Source: an uncultured Gemmatimonadales bacterium (GTDB taxonomy: Bacteria > Gemmatimonadota > Gemmatimonadetes > Gemmatimonadales > Gemmatimonadaceae). Taken from it: 64,000 nucleotides of DNA. The stretch spans positions 1 through 64,000 of the forward strand of contig CAWBZV010000011.1 in the NCBI GenBank assembly GCA_963793305.1. Reading direction: 5' to 3'. The notes under the pieces are model-generated. The model saw nothing but the letters and a program-made list of their open reading frames with translations, had not been told where the DNA came from and ran no database searches. Below are positions 45,003-53,936 of this stretch, piece after piece. Each line of letters starts with the position of its first letter. Positions within the stretch are counted from its first letter, which is position 1. Both the position numbers and the translations under genes were made by a program.

Positions 45003-46302
45003 AATTCTGACGGCAATTCGCGAACTATCGAACTCGAAGAGTCTCGGACGAGGAGAGCTCCACGAGCTTCTCAAGGACGGCATCATGGCCGCCCTCGCGA
45101 AGAAGCACGGTCCGAACGTTCAGGCCGAGGTCGTGATCGATGACGACCGCGGCACGCTCGGCATTACGCTACTCAAGAACGTCGTCGATGCCGTCGAGGA
45201 CTCGAGCAAAGAAGTCTCGCTCGACGACGCGCGGTTCGAGGACCCGGAGTTTCAGGTCGGCGATGTCATGGAGATTCCGGTGGACTTCGCGGAGTTCGGC
45301 CGCACGGCCGTGCAGGCCGCGAAGCAGCGGATCATCCAGCGCGTGCGCGAGGGCGAGCGGTCGAAGATTCGCGACGAGTTCACCGGTCGGGTTGGCGAGC
45401 TGCTCTCGGGCGAGATCCAGCAGATCGAGCGCGGCAAGCTCGTGGTCATGCTGAACAAGTTCCGCGAGGCCGAGGCCATCATCCCGTATCGCGAGCAGAA
45501 TCATCGCGAGCACTTTCACCAGGGCGAGCCGATTCGTGCCGTGCTCAAGCGCGTCGAAGAGACGCCTAAGGGGCCCCGGCTGATTCTTTCTCGCGCTGAT
45601 GCGTTGTTCGTCAAGGCTCTGTTCAAGCTCGAAGTCCCCGAGATTCAACAAAACATCGTCGACATCCGCGCGTCGGCCCGTGAAGTCGGGAGCCGGACGA
45701 AGATCGCGGTGTTCTCGCGCGATGACTCGATCGATCCGGTTGGCGCCTGTGTCGGACTCAAGGGAAGCCGGGTGCAGGCGGTCGTGAATGAGCTCGGTGG
45801 CGAGCGCATCGACATTGTGCCTTGGTCTTCGGACCCTGAGCGCTTCGCCAAGCTGGCGTTGGCGCCGGCGCGAGTGGCCCGAGTGTTCAGTGATCCGTCG
45901 ACCAAGACGATTCAGGCGGTGGTCGATGAGGATCAGCTTTCATTGGCGATCGGTCGCAATGGGCAGAATGTGCGACTGGCGTCGGAGCTGACCGAGTGGA
46001 AGATCGACCTCTACTCCAGTCGTGAGTGGCTGGAGCGGGCCGGAGAGGCGCCGCTCTTTGCGCCCCTGCCGGAGGAGCGGGTCGAGGATGCGGGCGATGT
46101 CAAGCTGACGGAAATTCAGGGCCTGGAGCCGGCGACGGTCGCCGTGCTCGAGGAAGCGGGATATCGGACGTTGAACGACGTGATCGACCTCGAGCGGGAA
46201 GACCTGCTGCGTCTGCCGGGCATCGCGCCGGCGGAGGCGGATCGTATCATGTCGATCATCAATGAGTTGACGAGTGACGAAGGTGGAGGGGCGGCTGCCT
46301 GA
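44986..46302 (+). CDS. nusA: Transcription factor NusA
   Basis: AAKQRIIQRVRE, DPVGACVGLKGSR, AIGRNGQNVRLAS. Confidence 0.97.
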   Translation: MVGSAEILTAIRELSNSKSLGRGELHELLKDGIMAALAKKHGPNVQAEVVIDDDRGTLGITLLKNVVDAVEDSSKEVSLDDARFEDPEFQVGDVMEIPVDFAEFGRTAVQAAKQRIIQRVREGERSKIRDEFTGRVGELLSGEIQQIERGKLVVMLNKFREAEAIIPYREQNHREHFHQGEPIRAVLKRVEETPKGPRLILSRADALFVKALFKLEVPEIQQNIVDIRASAREVGSRTKIAVFSRDDSIDPVGACVGLKGSRVQAVVNELGGERIDIVPWSSDPERFAKLALAPARVARVFSDPSTKTIQAVVDEDQLSLAIGRNGQNVRLASELTEWKIDLYSSREWLERAGEAPLFAPLPEERVEDAGDVKLTEIQGLEPATVAVLEEAGYRTLNDVIDLEREDLLRLPGIAPAEADRIMSIINELTSDEGGGAAA

Positions 46303-46618
46303 AGTCGTGGTACGGCCAGAGGTACTCAAGAAGCTCATGGGCCTCGTTGGTCTCGGGCTTCGCGGGCGACTCGCGGTGACCGGTGTGCAGAAGGTGCGGG
46401 AAGCCGCGCTTCGCGGGCGGTTGCGGTTGGCGATCGTCGCGCCGGATGCGTCGCGGCATAGCCTCGCGAAAGTGGTTCCGCTGCTCGATGCGCGGCACGT
46501 GCGACGCGTGAGAGGTCCGCTGGTTGCGGAGCTCGGGGCAGCGGCAGTGGGGATAGTGGACCACCAGCTGGCGAAGGGGATCGAGGCGCTGGTGGAATCG
46601 AAGGGAGGGGTGGAGTGA
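46274..46618 (+). CDS. L7Ae/YlxQ-like RNA-binding protein (start uncertain)
   Basis: LMGLVGLG...LAVTG...IVAPDAS; typical position between nusA and infB. Confidence 0.8.
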   Translation: MTKVEGRLPEVVVRPEVLKKLMGLVGLGLRGRLAVTGVQKVREAALRGRLRLAIVAPDASRHSLAKVVPLLDARHVRRVRGPLVAELGAAAVGIVDHQLAKGIEALVESKGGVE

Positions 46619-49509
46619 GCAAGCTTCGCGTACACGATATGGCGGGCGAATTCGGCATCTCGCCGGACGAGGTGATGAATTTGCTGCGCGCGATGGATGT
46701 GCCCGTGCGCAACGAGGCGAGCGCGCTGACGGACGATCAGGTCTCGCGCGTGCGTGCCCGCTGGGAGCGCGAGAAGCGCGCGCGTGCCGAGAAGCCGGCT
46801 CCCGCTGCCTCCCGGCGCCGGCGTGGCGCGACGACCAGCGCTGCTGTCGAAGCGCCTGCTCCAGCGGCTGCCGGCAACGGATCGGGTGCTGCCGCGGGTG
46901 GCACCGGCGTGCGTCGCCGTCGCGCGGCCGACGTGCAAGCCGCGAATGCTGAAGCGGCCGAGCTCGAGGAGCTGCCTGAGGAAATCGAGGTCGAGGAACT
47001 ACCTCCTCTTCCTCGCGCCGAGCCACGTCCCGAGCCTCGCGTCGAACCGGTGAGCGCAGCGCCTTCGGTGTCTGCGCCCCCCGCTACGCCGACGGCGCCG
47101 CCGCGTCCGAGTACGCCTCAGGAGCGGCCCATTAGCGCGCAACCTGCGCAGCCGCATCGGCCCAGCGCTCCGCCGCATCGGCCGAGTGCGCCGGCGGAAC
47201 AGTCAGGTGCATCAATGACGGCGGCGCCATCTGGTGGCGCGTCAGCCGGTGGGGCGCCGACGAGCACTCCGCCGTCGTCCGGTGATCCCAATCGCCCGCG
47301 TCCGGTTGTACCGGGCGCGCCGCGGCCGTTCGTGCCTGGTGCGCCGCGTCAGTCGCGGCCCGCGGGTGGGAGCGGCAGTTACAACGCACCGCGTCCCGTG
47401 GCATCGGCCGCTCCGGGTGGAGCGCCAAATGCCGGAAGCGGGGCGCCGCCTGCGCGTCGGGATGACAACCGGGGCGGCGGCGGCGACAAGCGGCCGAGCT
47501 CCGGCGGCGGCGCGCCGCCGATGGGCGGTCAGATGGGTGGCGGCGCGGGCCGCCGCAAGAAGGGCAAGCGCGGCATGGTCGACCAGGAAGCGGTGACGGC
47601 GAATATCAACCGCACGATGAGCACGATGCGCGGTCCGGTCGGCCGGTCGCCGGGTGCACGCCGGCGCTTCGACGAGGGTGTATCGCGCGAAGAGCTCGAG
47701 GCCGCGCGCGCGGCCGAGGCGGAGCGCGAGCGCAAGACCGTGCGCGTCAATGAATTCATCACGGTCAGCGAGCTCGGTGAGACCTTGAAGGTTCCGGCGA
47801 CGCAGATCGTGGCGTTCGCGCTCAAGAACCTCGGGCTCATGAAGACCATCAATCAGCGACTGGACTTCGACGAGATCGAGCTCATCGCCGGCGAGTATGG
47901 CTTCCGCGCGGTGAAGGAGGCCGAGTACGCGGCCGAGGCGGCCGTGGCGGAGATCGAGGAAGATCAGACGGCGCTCGTGTGGCGGCCGCCGGTCGTGACG
48001 ATCATGGGTCACGTCGACCATGGAAAGACGTCGCTGCTCGACTATATCAGAAAGGCGAACGTCGTCGCGGGTGAGGCCGGCGGGATCACGCAGCACATCG
48101 GCGCGTATCACGTGTCGCTCCCGGACGGGAAATCGATCACGTTCCTCGACACGCCGGGTCACGAGGCGTTCACGGCCATGCGCGCGCGTGGCGCGCAGGT
48201 GACCGACATCGTGGTGCTCGTCGTCGCCGCGGACGATCAGGTCATGCCGCAGACGAGAGAGGCGATCTCGCACGCGAAGAACGCGGGCGTCAAGTTGATC
48301 GTCGCGATCAACAAGATCGATCTGCCGTCGGCGAATGTCATGAAAGTCAAGCAGGACCTGTTGGCCGAGGGCGTCGTGCTCGAAGAGTTCGGCGGCGATA
48401 CGCTCGCGACGCCGATCTCGGCCAAGAAGGGCACGAATGTCGACAAGCTGCTGGAGCAGATTCTGCTGCAGGCTGAGGTCCTGGACCTGAAGGCCAATCC
48501 GGGGCGTCGGGCGACGGGGGCGGTCATCGAAGCCCAGCTCGACCCGGGCAAGGGTCCGGTTGCGACCGTGCTCGTGGAGAACGGCACGCTCAAAGTCGGC
48601 GACGATTTCATCGTCGGCATGTATGCCGGGCGTGTGCGCGCGCTGCTCGACGAGCGCAACAAGCCGGTGAAATCAGCGGGGCCGGCGATTCCGGTACAGG
48701 TGCTGGGCATCGAAAAGGTGCCGGCCGCGGGCGACGTGTTGGTGGTCGTCGAAGATGCGACCGATGCGCGAGAGACGGCGCAGAAGCGCGAACGGCTCGA
48801 TCGAGAGGCGCGGAATCGGCGGAGCTCGGCGAGAACCGGGGTGACGCTCGAAGACATCATGGCGCAGACGGCGGCTGGTGAGCGGCGGACGCTGCGGATC
48901 GTGATCAAGGCGGATCAAGGCGGGCCGGCCGAAGCATTGGCCGATGCGCTGGGGCAGCTCTCGACGGCGGAAGTCGAAGTGCAGGTCATCCACCGTGGCG
49001 TCGGCGCCATCAGTGAGAGCGACGTGCTCCTCGCCAAAGCCTCGGGCGCGATCATTGTCGGGTTCCACGTGCGGCCCGACAACAATGCGCGGATGTCGGC
49101 CGAGCGCGAAGGCGTCGAGATCAAGCTCTATCGCATCATCTACGAGGCGGTGGCCGAGATTCGGTCGGCGCTCGAAGGGATGCTGCGGCCGGAGGAGCGC
49201 GAGGTCATCGATGGCGACGCCGAGGTGCGCGAGATCTTCAAGGTGGCGAAGATCGGCGTCATTGCCGGGTGCTCGGTGCGCTCGGGTGTCATCAATCGCG
49301 AAGGTCGCGTGCGGGTCATCCGGAATGGGACCGAGGTCTACATGGGCCGCATCGGGTCGTTGCGGCGCTTCAAGGACGACGTGCGGGAAGTCCGGGCCGG
49401 GTTCGAGTGCGGTATCGGCATCGAGAACTTCAACGACCTCAAGGTCGGTGACGTGATCGAGGGCTTCCGGACGGAGGAGCGGGCGAGAACCCTCGCGCCG
49501 GCGACATGA
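46615..49509 (+). CDS. infB: Translation initiation factor IF-2
   Basis: GHVDHGKT, GITQHIG, DTPGH, NKID; Pro/Ala-rich N-terminal region. Confidence 0.98.
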   Translation: MSKLRVHDMAGEFGISPDEVMNLLRAMDVPVRNEASALTDDQVSRVRARWEREKRARAEKPAPAASRRRRGATTSAAVEAPAPAAAGNGSGAAAGGTGVRRRRAADVQAANAEAAELEELPEEIEVEELPPLPRAEPRPEPRVEPVSAAPSVSAPPATPTAPPRPSTPQERPISAQPAQPHRPSAPPHRPSAPAEQSGASMTAAPSGGASAGGAPTSTPPSSGDPNRPRPVVPGAPRPFVPGAPRQSRPAGGSGSYNAPRPVASAAPGGAPNAGSGAPPARRDDNRGGGGDKRPSSGGGAPPMGGQMGGGAGRRKKGKRGMVDQEAVTANINRTMSTMRGPVGRSPGARRRFDEGVSREELEAARAAEAERERKTVRVNEFITVSELGETLKVPATQIVAFALKNLGLMKTINQRLDFDEIELIAGEYGFRAVKEAEYAAEAAVAEIEEDQTALVWRPPVVTIMGHVDHGKTSLLDYIRKANVVAGEAGGITQHIGAYHVSLPDGKSITFLDTPGHEAFTAMRARGAQVTDIVVLVVAADDQVMPQTREAISHAKNAGVKLIVAINKIDLPSANVMKVKQDLLAEGVVLEEFGGDTLATPISAKKGTNVDKLLEQILLQAEVLDLKANPGRRATGAVIEAQLDPGKGPVATVLVENGTLKVGDDFIVGMYAGRVRALLDERNKPVKSAGPAIPVQVLGIEKVPAAGDVLVVVEDATDARETAQKRERLDREARNRRSSARTGVTLEDIMAQTAAGERRTLRIVIKADQGGPAEALADALGQLSTAEVEVQVIHRGVGAISESDVLLAKASGAIIVGFHVRPDNNARMSAEREGVEIKLYRIIYEAVAEIRSALEGMLRPEEREVIDGDAEVREIFKVAKIGVIAGCSVRSGVINREGRVRVIRNGTEVYMGRIGSLRRFKDDVREVRAGFECGIGIENFNDLKVGDVIEGFRTEERARTLAPAT

Positions 49510-49629
49510 TCTCGGCGCAGCCGAGCTCAGTCCAACCGATGTGCGCTCACGGGACGCGGAGCGGACCATGATCTCGGCGCAGCCGAGCTCAGTCCAACCG
49601 ATGTGCGCTCACGGGACGCGGAGCGGACC
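49506..49629 (+). repeat. Perfect 2 x 62-bp tandem repeat (copies 3 and 4 of the dispersed family)
   Basis: Identical units at 49506-49567 and 49568-49629, each reading MISAQPSSVQPMCAHGTRSGP*. Confidence 0.92.
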
Positions 49630-49995
49630 GTGAGCGCGGCGCGCCGGCCCGACCGGGTCGGAGAGGCGATCCGGGAGGAAGTGGCCACGTTTCTGGCGGA
49701 GGATGTCAAAGATCCTCGCGTCCGCGGGCTCGTCACCGTGACGGGCGCCGAGATCACGCGGGATCTGCGGCATGCCAAGGTGTACGTCACCGTCATGGGG
49801 AGCGAGGCCGAGCAGATTTCGACGTTCCAGGGGCTCGAGAGCGCCGCGCACCATCTCCGCTCGCGCGTCGCCAAGGCATTGCGTTTGCGCGTGGCGCCGG
49901 AGATCGAGTTTCGGCCTGATCGGAGCGTGGCGTATGCGGCGCGGATCGACGCGTTGCTCGAGGGCCTGAAGGACCATGGGGGCCCGACTGGCTGA
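49630..49995 (+). CDS. rbfA: Ribosome-binding factor A
   Basis: RPDRVGEAIREE, DPRV, DLRHAKVYV, PEIEFRPD. Confidence 0.95.
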   Translation: MSAARRPDRVGEAIREEVATFLAEDVKDPRVRGLVTVTGAEITRDLRHAKVYVTVMGSEAEQISTFQGLESAAHHLRSRVAKALRLRVAPEIEFRPDRSVAYAARIDALLEGLKDHGGPTG

Positions 49996-50854
49996 CGGCG
50001 TGCTGCTCGTCGACAAGCCCGCTGGCCTCACGTCGCACGACATCGTCGCGATCGTCCGACGGCTCGGCGGACTGCGTCGCGTAGGGCATGCTGGCACGCT
50101 CGATCCGTTCGCCACTGGTCTCCTGGTACTCCTCCTCGGCCGCGCCACTCGACTGCTACCGTACTTGGCCGGCGAGCCCAAGATCTACGACGCCGTTGTC
50201 GCGTTCGGACACGAGACCGACACCGACGACGCCACCGGCGCTGTGACTCAGTCAGCGCCGCTGCCGGTGCGTGCCGATCTCGACGCAGCGCTGGCGTCGC
50301 TCACCGGGGCGCTCCAACAGGTCCCGCCGGCGTACTCCGCCAAGCAACAGGGTGGTCAACGCGCCTACGCCGCGGCGCGGCGCGGCGCGCCGTTAGCGCT
50401 CGCGCCGGTGGGGATCACCGTGCATGGCTGGCGTATGGATGCCTGGAACGGAGCTGAGCTTTCGACGCGAGTGACGTGCTCGGGCGGGACGTACGTGCGC
50501 GCGTTGGCGCGAGACTTGGGGCGTGCGGCGCGGAGTGCCGCGCACCTCAAGGCTTTGAGAAGGACACAAAGCGGTCCGTTTCGCGTGGACGAGGCGGCGA
50601 CGCTGGATGCGTTGGAGGAGCGCGGTGTCGAGACGCACCTGAGATCACCGTTGGAAGGGCTCGAGGGCTTGTGCGTGGAAGCCCTAGACCACGATGCCAT
50701 CGAGCGGGTCAAGCGCGGCATGCCGGTCGGCGCCTCGGCGCCAGGCGAGCGAGCCGCGCTTGTCGATGGCGAGCGACGGCTCGTCGCGGTCGCGGTACGG
50801 CAGGGGACTGAATGGCGGCCGCGCGTGGTCATGGGGGACGATGATGCCGAGTGA
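49976..50854 (+). CDS. truB: tRNA pseudouridine(55) synthase
   Basis: DKPAGLTSHD, GHAGTLDPFATG, CSGGTYVR. Confidence 0.96.
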   Translation: MGARLADGVLLVDKPAGLTSHDIVAIVRRLGGLRRVGHAGTLDPFATGLLVLLLGRATRLLPYLAGEPKIYDAVVAFGHETDTDDATGAVTQSAPLPVRADLDAALASLTGALQQVPPAYSAKQQGGQRAYAAARRGAPLALAPVGITVHGWRMDAWNGAELSTRVTCSGGTYVRALARDLGRAARSAAHLKALRRTQSGPFRVDEAATLDALEERGVETHLRSPLEGLEGLCVEALDHDAIERVKRGMPVGASAPGERAALVDGERRLVAVAVRQGTEWRPRVVMGDDDAE

Positions 50855-51782
50855 CTGGAGCGGCGACGGAGTCAGCGCACTCCCGCCCAGTGTCGACGCG
50901 ACGGTCGTCACGGTCGGGACGTTCGACGGTGTGCACCGCGGTCACCAGGCGGTGCTCAGCCGCTTAGCCGCGCGATCCCGCGAGACCGGATGGAAGGGCG
51001 TGCTCGTCACGTTCGAGCCGCATCCCTTGGAGGTCGTCAATCCAGCCGCCGCGCGGCCGCTCCTCACGGTGGGGGCCGAGCGACAGGAAGTGCTCGCCGA
51101 GAGCGGAATCGACTATTGCGCGGTGGTACCGTTCACGCCGACGCTGTCACACTACACGGCCGAGCAGTTTGTCGAGGCCGTGCTGCTCGAGCGATTTCAT
51201 ATGCGCGAGCTGCTCAGCGGCTATGACAACGGCTTCGGCCGCGGGCGCGAGGGCGATGTCGAGACGTTGCGCGCGATCGGCGTCCGGCGCGGGTTCCGCG
51301 TTGAGGTCGTGCCACCAATGAGTGGCGACGACGGGCGTCCGATTTCGTCGACGTCGATTCGCCGCGCGGTCGCCGGCGGAGATCTTCGTAGCGCCGCCGC
51401 CGGACTCGGCCGGCCGTATTCGGTCAGCGGCGTCGTCTCGCGCGGTCACCAGCGGGGACGAACGATCGGCTATCCGACGATCAACCTGCCGTTACCATCG
51501 CCGCGGAAACTGTTACCACCGGAGGGTGTGTATGCCGTCCGCGTGCAGACACCAGTTGGCCCGTTCGGCGGCATGATGAACCTTGGGCCCAGGCCCACGT
51601 TCGGCGAGACCGAGGTGACGCTCGAGGCACACTTGTTCGACGCCAACGCCGACTGGTACGGCGCGCACGTCCGCGTTGAGTTCATCGCGCGACTCCGCGA
51701 CACGCAGAAGTTCGACGGTATCGACGCGCTCAAGGCGCAGCTCCGGCGTGACGAAGAGCATGCGCGCCGCGCGTTGGCGTAA
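50841..51782 (+). CDS. ribF: Bifunctional riboflavin kinase/FAD synthetase
   Basis: FDGVHRGH, ISSTSIR, GRTIGYPT, EAHLFD. Confidence 0.96.
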   Translation: MMPSDWSGDGVSALPPSVDATVVTVGTFDGVHRGHQAVLSRLAARSRETGWKGVLVTFEPHPLEVVNPAAARPLLTVGAERQEVLAESGIDYCAVVPFTPTLSHYTAEQFVEAVLLERFHMRELLSGYDNGFGRGREGDVETLRAIGVRRGFRVEVVPPMSGDDGRPISSTSIRRAVAGGDLRSAAAGLGRPYSVSGVVSRGHQRGRTIGYPTINLPLPSPRKLLPPEGVYAVRVQTPVGPFGGMMNLGPRPTFGETEVTLEAHLFDANADWYGAHVRVEFIARLRDTQKFDGIDALKAQLRRDEEHARRALA

Positions 51783-51815
51783 CGGCGCGACGTGAGGATG
51801 ACAGCCGTCGCGCGG

Positions 51816-51850
51816 TGATGTTGCAACCGTGCTGTCCCGCTATTTAGTAT
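51816..51850 (+). promoter_or_regulatory. Promoter of ncRNA copy A
   Basis: TGATG-TTGCAA-18 bp-TAGTAT, conserved with copy B while the spacer diverges. Confidence 0.75.
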
Positions 51851-51974
51851 CGCTCATCGCGAAATCGCTCCACTTCGCTGCACAAGAGAAACGGTCAACC
51901 ACGTGACGAGCGTGGTTGTATTTCTTAGGCGATGGGGAGGGTGGTGCCTTCTAGCTATCTCGCCCGGAAATATC

Positions 51975-52047
51975 GAGCGGATAGTTTAGTGGCAGAACGC
52001 ACGACCTCACCAATCGCGAAGCGTCGGTTCGATTCCGATTCCGCTCT
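51975..52047 (+). other. Non-canonical tRNA-like cloverleaf inside copy A
   Basis: Acceptor GAGCGGA/TCCGCTC, D-arm GTTT-AGTGGCA-GAAC, 9-nt anticodon loop CCTCACCAA, T-arm GTCGG-TTCGATT-CCGAT; followed by CCG. Confidence 0.85.
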
Positions 52048-52176
52048 CCGTTTCAAGTGCAACGTTGCGCGACTTCTTGGGCGTAGCTATTGTTGATGCG
52101 TCGAGGGGGACGGGGGCCTGGTAAGCCCTGCGCATTGCGCAACGAAGCCCTAGACTGGAGGGCTGACTGTCCGCTC

Positions 52177-52211
52177 CGAGAGGCCGCTGCAAGGCGGCCT
52201 CTCGTTATTTT
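52177..52211 (+). terminator. Intrinsic terminator of copy A
   Basis: CGAGAGGCCGC-TGCAAG-GCGGCCTCTCG-TTATTTT. Confidence 0.85.
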
Positions 52212-52219
52212 GGCGAGCG

Positions 52220-53683
52220 CTAGAGGTAGGGCTGTGCAAGCCAGGCCGCGGCGTCGCGAAGGCGGTGCAGTAGCGGGCGGCGTTCCAGGTCTTCGATCGT
52301 CAGCTGCTTTCCGGTGGCGATCTTGTTGTCGAGGATCGATGACAGGCGGCACGCGAGCGGGCGCGAGTAGCACTCGACGTTGAGCTCGAAGTTGAGGCGC
52401 AGGCTGCGGGGGTCGAGGTTGGCCGAGCCGATGAGCGACCACTCGCCGTCGACGATCAATAGCTTCGAGTGATCGAAGGGGGGCGCGGAGAGATACACGC
52501 GACATCCCCAGGCCAGCACCTGGGGGAGCTGGGCGGTCATCGCCCATTGCACCATGCGCAGGTTGCCGTGCTGCGGCAGCACGATATCGACCTGGACGCC
52601 GCGCAGCGCCGCGACGCGCAAGGCGTCGATCAGTGGCGGGTCGGGCAGAAAGTACGGCGTCGACAGCCGAATCGATTGCGTGGCGGCCGCGGTCGCGCCG
52701 AGGATCACCATCAGCAGCGTCTCGAAGTTGGTGTCGGGGCCGTCCGGAATCGCGCGCGCGGTTACGTTGCCGCCGGCCGCGGGAGTCTCGGGTGCCCAGG
52801 TCGACTCCGGCAGGTGCTCGTGCGTCGTGAACTCCCAGTCGACGGCGAAGGCCTGCATGACCTGGCGCACTACGGGTCCGCGCATGCGGAAGTGCATGTC
52901 CTGCGTGGCGTCCGGGCGGTGCAGGGCCAGGATGCACTGGTCGCGGACGTTCATGCCGCCGCAGAATCCGATCGTGCCATCGACGATCATCATCTTCCGA
53001 TGATCGCGCAAGTTTATGTATGGGTGCGGGAAGGGCAGCACCGACGGCAGAAACCGCGCGACGGTCACGCCGCGGCGTTTGAGCTCGTCGACGATCGGCG
53101 GATGACTATATCGAGCGCCGACGCCATCGATGAGCACGCGGACGGCGACACCGCGCTTGGCCGCGCGCGCGAGCGCGTCGACGAACTGCTCGCCCGCCTG
53201 GCCCCGGTCGAAGATGTACGTCGCCAAGGCCACGGTTCGCTGGGCCCCGTCGATCGCCGCCAGCATCGCGGGGTACGTCTCATCGCCATTGAGCAGCGGT
53301 TCGATCGTACATCCGCCCGCCAGCGGCAGTCGTGTCACCGTTCCGGCGATGCGCGCGACTCCGTGCATCGCGGGTGACGCCTCGCTCAACAGCTTGCTCT
53401 GCGCCGGCTCGGCGCTCGTCCCGCGCATGAGCGCGGCGCGGTCGGCCGGGTCGAGCGGCGGTCCCTTGCGCATCGGGCCCGGTTGGCGGTTGATGCGGTT
53501 GATGCCGAACACGAGATAGAGGGCTGAGCCGAGGATCGGCGTCAGCCAGACGAGACCGATCCAGCCGATGGCCGATCGAACGTCGTCTTTGGTCAGGAGG
53601 ATGTGCGCGCTGACGCCGACGGCCAGGATCACGTGACCGGCCGCGATCAGGCCGGCGATGACTGAAGGCGTGGAAAGCATCAC
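52220..53683 (-). CDS. cls: Cardiolipin synthase (PLD family)
   Basis: N-terminal TM pair and two HKD motifs (DHRKMMIVDG, DHSKLLIVDG); SLRLNFE. Confidence 0.92.
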   Translation of the reverse strand: MMLSTPSVIAGLIAAGHVILAVGVSAHILLTKDDVRSAIGWIGLVWLTPILGSALYLVFGINRINRQPGPMRKGPPLDPADRAALMRGTSAEPAQSKLLSEASPAMHGVARIAGTVTRLPLAGGCTIEPLLNGDETYPAMLAAIDGAQRTVALATYIFDRGQAGEQFVDALARAAKRGVAVRVLIDGVGARYSHPPIVDELKRRGVTVARFLPSVLPFPHPYINLRDHRKMMIVDGTIGFCGGMNVRDQCILALHRPDATQDMHFRMRGPVVRQVMQAFAVDWEFTTHEHLPESTWAPETPAAGGNVTARAIPDGPDTNFETLLMVILGATAAATQSIRLSTPYFLPDPPLIDALRVAALRGVQVDIVLPQHGNLRMVQWAMTAQLPQVLAWGCRVYLSAPPFDHSKLLIVDGEWSLIGSANLDPRSLRLNFELNVECYSRPLACRLSSILDNKIATGKQLTIEDLERRPLLHRLRDAAAWLAQPYL

Positions 53684-53701
53684 CGTCCGAAACTACAACG
53701 A

Positions 53702-53736
53702 TGATGTTGCAACGGCGCCCCCTCGCTATCTAGTAT
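53702..53736 (+). promoter_or_regulatory. Promoter of ncRNA copy B
   Basis: TGATG-TTGCAA-18 bp-TAGTAT. Confidence 0.75.
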
Positions 53737-53865
53737 GGGCTTCCGCGAAAACGCTCCACTTCGCTGCGCAAGAAAGGAACGGTCAATCACACCTGGTAAG
53801 TGTGGTTGTATTTCTTGGGCGAAGGGGAGAGTCGCGCCTTCTCGCAGTCCCGCCCGAGAAATATC

Positions 53866-53936
53866 GGGAGAGTAGTTCAACGGGAGAACAATCGACCGCG
53901 AATCGAGAGATGCCGGTTCGAATCCGACCTCTTCCA
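53866..53936 (+). other. Non-canonical tRNA-like cloverleaf inside copy B
   Basis: Acceptor GGGAGAG/CTCTTCC with G3:U70, D-arm GTTC-AACGGGA-GAAC, anticodon loop CC-GCG-AA (C33), T-arm GCCGG-TTCGAAT-CCGAC; followed by CCG. Confidence 0.85.

Larger units (their letters stand above)
51857..52211 (+). ncRNA. Unrecognised structured ncRNA of about 350 nt with an embedded tRNA-like domain, copy A
   Basis: Colinear homology with 53743-54098, covarying helices, own promoter and terminator, no credible ORF. Confidence 0.85.

Noticed and set aside
46780..47560. Low-complexity Pro/Ala/Gly repeats as a separate element
   Set aside because: This is the normal variable N-terminal region of IF-2.
49506..49629. 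CRISPR array
   Set aside because: There are only two directly abutting 62-bp units, with no spacer and no cas genes.
51975..53936. Two ordinary tRNA genes (Val-CAC and Arg-GCG)
   Set aside because: The anticodon arms are non-canonical, there is no CCA, the 3' ends pair into a larger scaffold, and the flanks are conserved between copies at least as well as the tRNA parts.
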